Positions 1 through 10,400 of a DNA stretch of 64,000 bases are shown one piece after another. This stretch comes from Planctomycetota bacterium. Its GTDB lineage: Bacteria; Planctomycetota; UBA8108; SXIK01. The first letter of the stretch is position 1. Every line of letters begins with the position of its first letter. Under the pieces are notes generated by a model. It was not told the DNA's origin. It was given only the letters and a program-made list of their open reading frames with translations, and made no database searches. A program made the position numbers and the translations under genes. The DNA lies in assembly GCA_965223265.1 (NCBI GenBank), contig OZ244999.1:1920001-1984000 (forward strand). The letters are read 5' to 3'.

Positions 1-1765
1 CCAAATCGGCCGCCACCATATCTCGGGCTTCGTAGACGAATTCGAATTCGCGCGTGAATTCGAAAGAACCGTCACCGCTTCCCCGAAAGAAACCGAGTCG
101 ACAATCGAGGAATCCGGCAGCGATGTCGACGGTGCTATCGCCGTCGAAGTCTGCCGCTGCCAGAGCAAACAGGCGCCCGTTTTCATTCTCCGGTAGCCGG
201 AATTGAACTTCTGGCCCAAGGCTGCCATCTGCTCGGCCGAGTCGGACGCAAAGGCCACCGCGACTGTTCTTTTCACCTAAGTTCGCCGTGACTGCGTCGG
301 CGATTCCGTCGCCGTTGACATCGATGATACGAACTGCAGATGGAAAGGAACCCATGGGATAGAACACCGGTGGCGAAAGAAGGCCGCTCTCGGTCGCCAG
401 TCTCACCGTGAGCTCTCCTGAGGCTCGATGGAGCTGCACAACGTCATCGCGGTTGTCACCGTTCATGTCGACGACGCGAAGCCCCGCCACTTCACCGTCA
501 ACAAGGTAGAATTGGTCGAGGGCGCTGAAGCCGACGCTGCCGGGATCGCCGATCAGCAAGCTCACGTCTTCTGAGACCCGGTTGATGACTGCAAGGTCGA
601 CGTCGCCGTCGCGATTGAAGTCTCCGACTGCGACCTCGCGAGGGCTTTGACCGATCGGCATCTCCGCTGTCGGCGTCAGTGTGCCCTGGCGGTTTTCGTA
701 GCTGATTAGGCGGTCGAGATTTCGTAGGACAACGACGACGTCATTCCAACCGTCGTCGTTCAAGTCCAGGATCTCGACATCGCGCGGCCCGCCCGGCACT
801 GCGATCGATTGGATGGGTTCTGCCGAGAAGCTGAGTTTTTCACCGGAGAGCGTGCCGCGGCGGATCTCGACGGTGCCGAAGTTTCTGTGCGCCGTGACGA
901 GATCTGGAAGACCTCCTGCACGGGGAGAGGTGAGAGCGCCGACTTCCACGTCGAACACGTTTTCATCCGCACGCGTCTCAACGCTCACGATCGAGCTCAA
1001 ATCGACATTGAGCACGCCACTCTCGTCGGGTCGAAGCACCCAAATCCACTGGCTCTCGGCATTCGTGACAATCAAGTTATCGCGGTCGCTTCCCGGGCGT
1101 CTGAAGGACTTCAGTGAGTAAACGGGCTTCGGGAAGTTTCCGTCCGTGGCGGCCAATTCTGGAATGGCGCTGACACGAACGAACTCGCCGCTTTCGTCTA
1201 GGCGATAGTGCTCCAGACCGAACGGCGGTCCCGCTGTAACCAGCTCCAGCTTCCCATCGCCGTCGAAGTCACCAGTTGCCAGGTTTCTTGCACCGGACCC
1301 GGTCTCTCCGATGAGTTCGCGGTGGAAGCGGCGCATCCCGTCGTTGATGAACAAGATGGCGGCCACTGCACTGAAGGGAGCCGCGACCGCGATGTCTGTG
1401 CGACCGTCACTATTGAGGTCGCCCATCAAAACTTGACGAAGGCCTCGGGCACCTGACTCAGGAGGAAACGCGACCAAATGCTGTGGATCCAGGAATCGGC
1501 CGTCTCCGGTATTGAAAAAAAGAGTTAACGTGCCGTCCAGGTTGCTGACAGCGAGATCGAAGGCTCCATCACCGTCGAGGTCGCCTGACGCAATGCTTTT
1601 CGGGCCTTCCCGTGGCGAGAAAATGTCTGGAGCTCCGGCGTCGAGTCGTTCGCCGAAGGCCTTGAGATTCTCGAAGAGCTGTGCTTCGAGTCGGCCAGAG
1701 GTCGCCGCAAGTAGGCATAGCAACACCGCAACTCGGCTCCCGCTTCGGCTCGCCGTAATCCCCAT
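1..1765 (-). CDS. Secreted FG-GAP/VCBS repeat (beta-propeller) protein, 3' end runs off the window
   Basis: Not in the ORF track. Hand translation from ATG at 1765 (GAGG upstream) gives MGITASRSGSRVAVLLCLLAATSGRLEAQLFENL..., a signal peptide followed by repeats such as SGDLDGDGAFDLAVSN. The frame is still in register at position 2 (ARDMVAADL). Confidence 0.85.
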   Translation of the reverse strand, partial: MGITASRSGSRVAVLLCLLAATSGRLEAQLFENLKAFGERLDAGAPDIFSPREGPKSIASGDLDGDGAFDLAVSNLDGTLTLFFNTGDGRFLDPQHLVAFPPESGARGLRQVLMGDLNSDGRTDIAVAAPFSAVAAILFINDGMRRFHRELIGETGSGARNLATGDFDGDGKLELVTAGPPFGLEHYRLDESGEFVRVSAIPELAATDGNFPKPVYSLKSFRRPGSDRDNLIVTNAESQWIWVLRPDESGVLNVDLSSIVSVETRADENVFDVEVGALTSPRAGGLPDLVTAHRNFGTVEIRRGTLSGEKLSFSAEPIQSIAVPGGPRDVEILDLNDDGWNDVVVVLRNLDRLISYENRQGTLTPTAEMPIGQSPREVAVGDFNRDGDVDLAVINRVSEDVSLLIGDPGSVGFSALDQFYLVDGEVAGLRVVDMNGDNRDDVVQLHRASGELTVRLATESGLLSPPVFYPMGSFPSAVRIIDVNGDGIADAVTANLGEKNSRGGLCVRLGRADGSLGPEVQFRLPENENGRLFALAAADFDGDSTVDIAAGFLDCRLGFFRGSGDGSFEFTREFEFVYEARDMVAADL

Positions 1766-2110
1766 GTCTGCACCTCAAAAAGAGACTCTTGAGTTACCGC
1801 CGACGCTATAGTGCAAATGCTACTTCAGCGCGGTCGGACGAGGAAGAGAGGATATGAACTTTTTCTCGCTGCGAGGGTCAACGACTTTCGTCGTTTGTGC
1901 TGAGTCCGTGACATACGGAGATCCTTTCACACGTCGCGGCGCAGTCGAGAGGTGGTCAGCAAAGTGGGGATTGGCACTGGAAAATGAGAAACTGTTGGCG
2001 TGTTTCATGGGGGACGGTATGGTCGAGGGCCGAGACGGAGGCCGAATCGCACTGCTGCACGAAACATCGGTGCGACCTGTGCCGCAGACAACGTCGCCGG
2101 TCGGAAAACC

Positions 2111-2749
2111 ATGACGCTAAAGATCGATTCACACCCTCTTCTTCACCTCGGAGTTTTCACGTCTTCGTTGCCCCAGCCGCTTGGTCGTCTGCAGACACCG
2201 GAGACGATCCTTGAACTGCTGAGCCCCGACGCCGAGACACCGTTCGAACGCTCGGAGCCTCTCCGCGTCGCCATCCGCGATCTCCTCCGCCATGGCGGTT
2301 TCAAGCCCACAGGGCGCGGAAAACCCGCGAGCGAGTACTTGGTTCGTGCTGCGAAAGAGGAGAAGCTCAAACCGATCAACGCCGTCGTGGATGCGTGTAA
2401 CGTCGTCTCACTCCACAGCGGACTGCCGATTAGCGTTGTCGATCTAGACTTGGCGGTCCCACCATTTCGCGTTGCCATCGCGGACGAGAGCAGCAGTTAC
2501 GTCTTCAACGCCAGCGGGCAAGAGATCGACGTGAGCGGCCTCTTGTGTTTTCACGACGAAGAAGGTCCATGTGCTAACGCGGTCAAGGATGCACAGCGCA
2601 CAAAGACTCACGATGGCACTTTGCGTGTCCTCTGCCTCGTCTGGGGATGCTGCGATTTCTCAAGCGAGACAGACTCGGCGACCGACTGGTATCGACAGCT
2701 GTTGACAGCTGCGGGGGCGACTTGTGCCGACGTTTGTCGGACATCATAG
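2111..2749 (+). CDS. B3/4 domain protein (PheRS beta editing-domain-like)
   Basis: Motifs GFKPTGRGKPASEYL, INAVVDACNVVSLHSGLPISVVDLD and D..GPC. ATG at 2111 is preferred over the ORF-track start at 2000. Confidence 0.8.
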   Translation: MTLKIDSHPLLHLGVFTSSLPQPLGRLQTPETILELLSPDAETPFERSEPLRVAIRDLLRHGGFKPTGRGKPASEYLVRAAKEEKLKPINAVVDACNVVSLHSGLPISVVDLDLAVPPFRVAIADESSSYVFNASGQEIDVSGLLCFHDEEGPCANAVKDAQRTKTHDGTLRVLCLVWGCCDFSSETDSATDWYRQLLTAAGATCADVCRTS

Positions 2750-2785
2750 TGGCTGAAGCGCTCTGCGCGCTGTTTTCTCGGGAAG

Positions 2786-3751
2786 CTACTGCGCGAGAAC
2801 CCGCGAAAAGAGATCTCGATCCACGTTGCCGCCGGACAGAATCAGCCCGACGCGCCGTCCACGCATCGCCGCTTGTTCCTGCAGCATTGCCGCGAGAGGG
2901 GCTGCGCCTGCGCCCTCGGCGACGTTATGCGTATCCGTGAAGTAGATGCGCATGGCCGCGGCCACCTCGTCGTCGGTGACTTCGATGATGCGTTCGACGC
3001 TTCGTAGGATCATCTCCAAGGCTACGGGATCCGGTGAACGTACTGCAATCCCGTCCGCGAGTGATGTACTTGCAGGGTGCGAAACCGGCTCCCCGCGAGC
3101 AAACGAAAGAGCATACGCCGGTGCGTGTGCCGAGACAACTCCGACGACATCGGTCGTGCAACCCAGTGCGTCACGCGCCGCGGTGGCGGCGCAAATACTC
3201 GAGCCGAGACCGATCGGCACGTAGACGGTATGAAGCTCGTCGATCGCGCTGAAGAATTCGTACCAGCAGGTCGCTACACCGATCACCAGGAGCGGGTGAA
3301 ACGACGGCACCATGTGAAGGTTCCGTTCGCTGGCGATCTCAGCTGCGTGTTCGAGCGCGTCGTTGAAGTCGTTACCGTATTCGATGAGCTTGGCTCCATG
3401 GGCGCACATGGCGGCGTTTTTTTCCACGCTGTTACCGTGCGGAGCGACAACGAACGCATCCATGTCGTGTCGTCGGGCTGCAAACGCGATGCTCTGACCG
3501 TGATTGCCGCGCGTTGCGCTGATGACACCCCGCACGTCTCGGTCTTGCCGAGCGGCCAGGTCGTCGACATAGACGATACCGCCGCGGACCTTGAACGCGC
3601 CGACGGGCTGATGGTTTTCGTGCTTCACCCACACTTCGGCACCCGTTCGTTCGCAAAGCAGCGGCCAACGGATCTGCGGCGTGGGCGGCAGCGCCTGATG
3701 GACGCGATGTGCTGCTGCTTGGATGTCTCGGAGCGTGGGACGTTCGTTCAT
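2786..3751 (-). CDS. PLP-dependent threonine dehydratase/serine racemase family enzyme (no ACT domain)
   Basis: KHENHQPVGAFKVRGG (PLP lysine), SATRGNHGQ, PIGLGS, EGAGAA, LSGGNVD. Confidence 0.9.
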   Translation of the reverse strand: MNERPTLRDIQAAAHRVHQALPPTPQIRWPLLCERTGAEVWVKHENHQPVGAFKVRGGIVYVDDLAARQDRDVRGVISATRGNHGQSIAFAARRHDMDAFVVAPHGNSVEKNAAMCAHGAKLIEYGNDFNDALEHAAEIASERNLHMVPSFHPLLVIGVATCWYEFFSAIDELHTVYVPIGLGSSICAATAARDALGCTTDVVGVVSAHAPAYALSFARGEPVSHPASTSLADGIAVRSPDPVALEMILRSVERIIEVTDDEVAAAMRIYFTDTHNVAEGAGAAPLAAMLQEQAAMRGRRVGLILSGGNVDRDLFSRVLAQ

Positions 3752-4114
3752 GGCTACAAGTATAGCCGAGATCTGCCGCGTCGCTGGACGGAGGGCGAGG
3801 CCTATAGCCGGAAAAGGGTGTTACGTAACCGAGACTGGGCAGAACATCGATTTGAGGCTGGCACGGATTGCTGTAGGACTCGGGCTTCTGAGCCCTTCCT
3901 GCGAAAAACCTATGCAACTGTAGGGATGGAGTCCGACCCGAGACACCCGGAAACGGCCTACCCAGTATCGAATCGAAGCTGGTGGGGGCTTTTGCTTCGG
4001 GAGCGCCGCCGCCGCGATTGAGCTCTCTCTTTATCCTCCAGCCGTGGAGTGTTACGCTCAGCTACACCGTAATCGACCTTCGAGTATCACTTCGCCACCC
4101 TGCGGAGAGCTGCC

Positions 4115-7100
4115 ATGAGATGCTGCCGTTTTTTTGCTACCGGACTTGTCGTCGCCGCTTTCTATTCTGCCGCTGCTCTTCATGTCGCGGCCGCGCCGCG
4201 CGGCGTTGGTGACGCCGCCGCTGAGCTCTTGGGGGCAACTGGAGTCGAGCGTGGAGTGTGCGCTGTGGTCGGAGTCGGAAGTCGTTGCGCTCGCGCGTCC
4301 GCCTTGGCGTTGGCGATCGCAGAAAGCAGTGAACTGTCCGTTCATGCGCGTCTTGCCGACCGCGCTGCCGTGTCCCCGCTCCGCGAACAGGCCCGGGCGC
4401 TCGGTTATGACTTGCGCCGGGTTGCAGTTGAAGGTGGACCGTGCGCCACGCTTCCGTATGCGACGGATCTTGTGGATCTCGTGGTCATTCCAGGTGTCGC
4501 CTCATCGGAGTTGGCCGCGCTGGATGCCGCCGAGATCCTGCGAGTGCTGCGCCCCGGAGGCTTTGCTCTGGTCGAATCGCAGGGCAACGGGGACGGTGCT
4601 TTGAACGTGGAAGCGCTACGTCGATGGGTGGACGGCATCGGCGCCACAGGTGTCGGGGTGCTCGAAGGCGTGAGCAACGGGCAGTGGGTCCGCTTCAGCA
4701 AGCCGGTGCCGGAGGGGCGAGACGATTGGAGCCACTGGGAGCACGGACCGGACAACAATCCGGTCTCCGCTGATCGCCTGATCAAAGCACCGTACATGAC
4801 GCAGTTTCTCGCCGAGCCGTTTTACATTCCGATCCCCTCGGTGACGACGGCTGCTGGCGGGCGCACGTTTCTTGCGATTGGGCATATCGCCCATCACCGC
4901 CGTGAGTGGGACATGCTCTATCAGCTCATCGCGCGAAACGGCTACAACGGGACGATTCTCTGGCAGCGCCAACTCCCTGAGGGTTATCTCGTGCATCGAT
5001 CTGCGTTTGTCGCGACCGACGACACGTTCTATATGATCGACGGCAGACACTGCCTCCAACTCGATCCACAGACCGGTGAGGAGCAGGGACGTATTCGGTT
5101 GCAGGGCGTCGCGGGGGAATGGAAATGGATGGCCAAAGTGGGGAACATTCTCTACGCGCTCGTCGGCAGCAAGGGACCAGGTACGCAAGTGATGCGAGGA
5201 GATCGTTCGTTCGGCGGTTGGAGCTGGGGCGACATGAGCCGTGGCTACTACGGCAAGCCTCGGATTCCATTTGGATTTGGGCGGAGCATCGCAGCGTATG
5301 ACCTCGACGCCGAACGAGTGATTTGGCACGAGCGCGAGGATGCCAACATCGACTCTCGCACGATGGCAATTCGCGACGGCAAGCTCTTCTATTTCTGTCC
5401 GGAAGCGCACCTCCGCGCCCGTGATGTTGCATCGGGGTCTGTTGTTTGGACCAACGACGATCAAGCCGTCCTGAACCTTATCGAGGAGCCTGGGAAGAAG
5501 CTCACTTCGACGCCTGGGTTTCGTACCGCGTGCATAGCCGTGGCGACTCCCGACGCGCTGATTCTTCAAGGTCAGACGCGAATGAACGTTGTTGCTGTTT
5601 CGACCCAGGACGGGAAGCTTCTGTGGAAGAAACCGAAGATCACGAACAATCCCAACGCTATTTTTGTCGACGACAACGTGATTCTTGCGGTCGGACCAGA
5701 AGCAAGCCACGTGGTCGTCGAGCCGAAAAGCGGCGACGTGCTCGCGAACCTCGGTTTCAAAAAGGTTGCATGCACCCGCCTCACCGCTAGCATGGATTCC
5801 TTCTTCTGTCGTGGCGAAGGAATGCTGCGATTCGATCGCTACTTCGGCAAGGTGTTGGTTGACGGTGCAGCGCGTCCCGCGTGTAACGATGGAGCGATGC
5901 CCGCAAATGGCCTTCTCTACTTGGGCCCGTGGCAGTGCGACTGCAATCTGTCGTTGATCGGCAACGTCGCCAAGTGTTCCGCTGGAGATTTTAAATTCGA
6001 CTACGTGGCCAGTGATCAGGAGCGTCTGGAACGATCGAACGGCGCAGGTGAGGTTGCCGAATTTCCTGTCTCACCGAGCGATTGGCCGACTTATCGTGGT
6101 GGCAGCCACCGCGGCGCACGCTCGGCGGCTTCTATTGCGGCTTCGGCAGAGCAATCGAAGTGGACCTATCAGGGAGAAATCGCGCATCGCCCGAGTGTCG
6201 CAGCGGCGGCCAATGGATCGCTTTTTTTCGCAGGTGACGACGGCGTCGTCCGGTCTCTCGATGCGGCGAGCGGCCGCGTCCTCTGGGAGTTTGCCACTGG
6301 TGGGCCGGTGAAGTATCCACCGACGATCGCGGCGGGTCGAGCGTTCTTCGGCAGTGGCGACGGGTACGCGTACGCTTTAGAGGCCAGCAGCGGAAAACTC
6401 CTGTGGCGATTTCGTGCTGCACCTATTGAGCGCCATATTATGGTCTATGGGACTCTCGGCTCGACGTGGCCAGTGCACAGCGGCGTCCTGGTACATGGTG
6501 GCGTGTGTTACTTCGCGGCCGGGATCATTGATCAAGACGGTACGTATGTCTACGCTCTCGACGCTGCGAGCGGAAAGGTGAAGTGGCAGAACAATTCGTC
6601 CGGGCATCTCAACAAGCAGTTGCGTAAGGGCGTCAGTGTGCAGGGGAATCTGACTCTCTCCGGCGATCGTCTACTTTTGGCGGGCGGCAACCAAGTTTCT
6701 CCGGCGCCGTATGACCTCGGCAGCGGTCGATGTTTGGCGAAGAGTTTTGAACAAGGACGGCCCAAGGCGAACAATGGAAATTTCCTTGGCATACTGCGCG
6801 GTGAAACCGCGATTGTCGGCGGACGCGTCCTTTATTCAGCGCCGCAGAATGTGTCAACCAAAGGGAGCTTCGAGCTCACATCGCCGACGAGGAAAATGCG
6901 GTTGAACTACGGGGGCGTGGCGCCGGCGTGGAATAGCGACGTCGTGGCGATGGTTAATTTTAAATACGGTAAGCTCATGGCGTGCGACATCGGGTCGGTC
7001 GTGAAGAGTTTCGAGTCCGGCGATCTTGGAGGAGCCCGGACCATTGCAGAAGCTCTCGCGCGCGACGGCGAGGTCCTTTGGCAGTCGGACCTCGGTCGCG

Positions 7101-7345
7101 CGGAGAAGTTCGAGGTGCTGTCACTTGCGATGTCGGCGAATGCCGTCGTTGCCGTCGCTCAGTACCAACATCCTCACCGCGCTCACCCCCAATGGACCGT
7201 CGTCGCCTATGACCTGAAGAACGGCGAGGAACTCTCTCGCGTGAGGCTCGACCAAGAACCACTTCCTGGCGGACTTTTGATCGACCGAGATGGCAGAATT
7301 GTCGTCAGCCTCATCGATGGAGGCATGATCTGTTGGGGAGCTTGA
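4115..7345 (+). CDS. Exported protein with a class I methyltransferase-like domain and PQQ/BamB-like beta-propeller repeats
   Basis: Signal peptide, then LPY..DLVDLVV and EILRVLRPGG (MTase-like), W.HWEHGPDNNPVS, and repeated YALDAASGK..W propeller blades. Confidence 0.75.
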   Translation: MRCCRFFATGLVVAAFYSAAALHVAAAPRGVGDAAAELLGATGVERGVCAVVGVGSRCARASALALAIAESSELSVHARLADRAAVSPLREQARALGYDLRRVAVEGGPCATLPYATDLVDLVVIPGVASSELAALDAAEILRVLRPGGFALVESQGNGDGALNVEALRRWVDGIGATGVGVLEGVSNGQWVRFSKPVPEGRDDWSHWEHGPDNNPVSADRLIKAPYMTQFLAEPFYIPIPSVTTAAGGRTFLAIGHIAHHRREWDMLYQLIARNGYNGTILWQRQLPEGYLVHRSAFVATDDTFYMIDGRHCLQLDPQTGEEQGRIRLQGVAGEWKWMAKVGNILYALVGSKGPGTQVMRGDRSFGGWSWGDMSRGYYGKPRIPFGFGRSIAAYDLDAERVIWHEREDANIDSRTMAIRDGKLFYFCPEAHLRARDVASGSVVWTNDDQAVLNLIEEPGKKLTSTPGFRTACIAVATPDALILQGQTRMNVVAVSTQDGKLLWKKPKITNNPNAIFVDDNVILAVGPEASHVVVEPKSGDVLANLGFKKVACTRLTASMDSFFCRGEGMLRFDRYFGKVLVDGAARPACNDGAMPANGLLYLGPWQCDCNLSLIGNVAKCSAGDFKFDYVASDQERLERSNGAGEVAEFPVSPSDWPTYRGGSHRGARSAASIAASAEQSKWTYQGEIAHRPSVAAAANGSLFFAGDDGVVRSLDAASGRVLWEFATGGPVKYPPTIAAGRAFFGSGDGYAYALEASSGKLLWRFRAAPIERHIMVYGTLGSTWPVHSGVLVHGGVCYFAAGIIDQDGTYVYALDAASGKVKWQNNSSGHLNKQLRKGVSVQGNLTLSGDRLLLAGGNQVSPAPYDLGSGRCLAKSFEQGRPKANNGNFLGILRGETAIVGGRVLYSAPQNVSTKGSFELTSPTRKMRLNYGGVAPAWNSDVVAMVNFKYGKLMACDIGSVVKSFESGDLGGARTIAEALARDGEVLWQSDLGRAEKFEVLSLAMSANAVVAVAQYQHPHRAHPQWTVVAYDLKNGEELSRVRLDQEPLPGGLLIDRDGRIVVSLIDGGMICWGA

Positions 7346-7406
7346 CGACTCCGATCTTCACTCAACGTCTCTAAACGCCAAGCGAAGCGTTCGACAATGT
7401 CGTCTC

Positions 7407-10400
7407 TCACGCGTCGCACGGCAGGAACGCCTGGCATGTGAGCGTATCTGCCGTGACGTCGAAGTCGCAATTCTCGGCAGGCTGCGGGAGAGGCGAGCCG
7501 CCGGCGAAGAGGCGGAGCAGAATCGTGACGGCGTCGGTGACGGTGATTTTGCCGTCGTCATTGGCGTCCGCGGCTTTAACACAGCTTGGCTCAGTGCCGC
7601 GCCTGAAGAGAAATCCGAGAATTGAAAGCGGGTCCGCGACGTCCAGCTGGGCGTCGGCGTTCGCATCGCCGCGGCGAAATGCGACGTCCCCGCGTGGATC
7701 GATTTCGCCACGCTCGAAACTCGTCACCGACGGCGTGCCGATGACATCAAAGCTCTCGTCGAGATAGAGAACACTTGCCTCCTTGACTACTGGGGGAGGA
7801 CCGCCTTCGAACTCGCGGTCCGGAACCCCAATCTCTATCACTCGGACCGGTTTCTCGAGGCTCGGAAGAACGAGCATCGGCTCTAGCACGACCCAGTACT
7901 TGACCTCGACGTTGTGTCGACGCGCACTGTAGGCAAGACGCCAGTAGTCGGTTTCCGTTCGAACTTCACCTTCCAGCTCGACTCGGGCACGAGTGAGGCT
8001 TGCAGGACCGGTCTCCGTAAGACTCTCCGCCTCGAGGAATCGTTCCTCCAGGTGGATGACCGAACCGTCGTCGAGGCCGATGTCCATAGCGAACAGTGGC
8101 AACAGTTCGTAGCGGCATGAAGAGTAGCTGGCGACAGGCACGTCATTGAGGGAGCCAATCATCGACAGTTCGGACGTGAGGTACTCTTCGTCAAGCGCGC
8201 GCTGTCTCTGGAGTGGGACGCCCCCGCGGCTTTTGAAGTTGACATCGAAAATCTCGAGCTTGAGGGAGTCTCCGTTCGGAAGCACGAACGATTGCTCGAA
8301 ATCGAAGCGGTAGGTGACGTCGCTGCCGGTAGCCCCAAGTCGGCGAACTCGAAACAGGCCGTCGTCGAGTGGATCCGCGAGGAGCTGTTCGGGACCAAAA
8401 CGCACTTCGTCAAAGAGCTCTCCGGAGAAAGAGTCGCTACCGGTTGGTAGTTCCAAAATACCTGGTTTGAACTGAGCAACGCTCTTGAGCTCATACTCGA
8501 CACGCGGGCCGCGGCCGAGTCGCTCTCCGGAGAACACCGCGCAAGCCGAAGTTCCTTCTTCGATCGCTAATTCGAATGTCGGAGACTGGGGTACGGTGCT
8601 CGGCACCAGGAACGGTCGCACCTGTTTTACGGCGAGCGACCCATCACTTTCGATCTTGAACTCAAAATCCAGCAGCACTTCCTCGCGGTCATGGCCTTCG
8701 AGGTCGAGCGGTAGGTTCGCATCGACGTGCGCCATGAGTGCGCCTAACTCTCGCAGCTGATCATCCGTCATCACTGTCTCTCCCGGGGCAACAAGAGAGG
8801 AACTTCGTTCGCGAATGATTCGAGCAACTTGGCCGGACTCGATTTCGAGCAGGTTGCGTTCGACTGTGGTTCCTGGCTCTGGGCTGACGACACTCGCCTC
8901 ACCAACCTGTGCCGTGATCACATAGCGCTTGTCTGCCGTGTTTCGTGGACTACCGGTGAAAGCAACGCCGTTGACCGCTTCGTCAAGGAAGGCGCGGTTG
9001 ACCAGGATTCCCATCGCGATCGAGTCAGCGGGGACCTGAAAGAACGTTCGCTCCTCGTGGGCCCGAAACGTCCACAGACTGGTCCATACCTTCTTCAATG
9101 CCCTCTCGATCGTTCGTTCGTTCGTCCGCTGAGAGTCGCAGTGCGAGCTGTCGGGGCTAGAGGGGTCGATCGTGTCTTCAGCGCAGACGGACGTCGATTC
9201 ATAAAGCCCCGCGCCGCTGAACTCGAGTGTATCTTCGAGGTTCGAAGAAGATCGAAACCTCACCATGGTTCGAGTGCCCCCGAACACTTCTGAGATCCGC
9301 GCGATCAGTTGCGCGACGAGGTCCGGATCCACGATTCCTTCGCTACGAGCGCGATCGCGAAACTGATCGAGCGCTACGAATCGCTGCTCAGAGTCGCTCT
9401 GGAAATCGTCGTTGGCGATCAGCTCTTCGATGTAGTCACGATATGTGACTTCACGACCGTCGACGGTCAGGGTGTTCGCTTCCATGAACTCGAGGTAGTA
9501 GCGAACAGGAATGGCGAAACCGGCTTCCTGGTACTGCACGAACGGACCCGTCAGTTGGCGCTGCAGGCGCGCTAAGTTGGTCGCTTTGCCGCCGAACCTG
9601 GCGACTGGCGTAAACGTTTCGGTGGCGAGTAGATCCATCTCGTGAAATTGGTCGAGGCCGCCGTACGCCACGTCGAGCGTCGGAGTGGTCGGTAGAGACG
9701 GCCGGCTACTACTCCAGAATTCTTGAGCTTCTTCGATCGTTGCCGCGTCTACGAAGTACTGGTCGGCCAAGACCTGCAAGCGGACGAGCTGACCGGCCCA
9801 AGGGGTGAAGGCCTCGCGAGCATCGCGCACGAATGCGTTGGGCGTCCCGCGTCTTGCTGTACGTACGGCGACATGGCTCAAACTGCCTTGGATCGCGCCG
9901 GTGATGACGCCGCCGACGACGCCTTCTATGTCTCGAGGTGCCTCATCCACGACGATCACATCCTGAAACGTCAATCGCCCGCTATCGCTCGCCTCTTCGA
10001 ATTCGGCCAGCGTCAGCAGGCGCACTCGACCGTAGCCAACCGCGATGGTGTACGGCTCATAGTCGATGCCTGGGTCTCCACTCTCGAACAGAATGTCGAA
10101 GGGTGGGTTTGTCCACTCCTCCGCACGTCGGCGTGCGAGGTCGCCCTCGGGTTGGTATACGAGCGGTCGCAGGTCGAACGACTGCTGCAGAGTGTCATAA
10201 ACCGCTTGAACCTCTTCAAGCAGGAGCAGCTCTTGCACATCAAAGCCGGTGTCTGCGACCACTGAAAAGGCGTAGACGATGCCGTTTGGCGTTTCAGTCC
10301 GCAAAATCGCTCCAATGTAATAGTCGCGTGTGGCACGACGTCCGACGAGTGTGTCGAAGAAGTCCCGATCGTCCGGCAGCGTCGGAAACATCTCCGGAAA

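Noticed and set aside
3855-3880. Sigma-54 promoter (TGGCACGGATTGC)
   Set aside because: The GG-to-GC spacing is shorter than the required GG-N10-GC.
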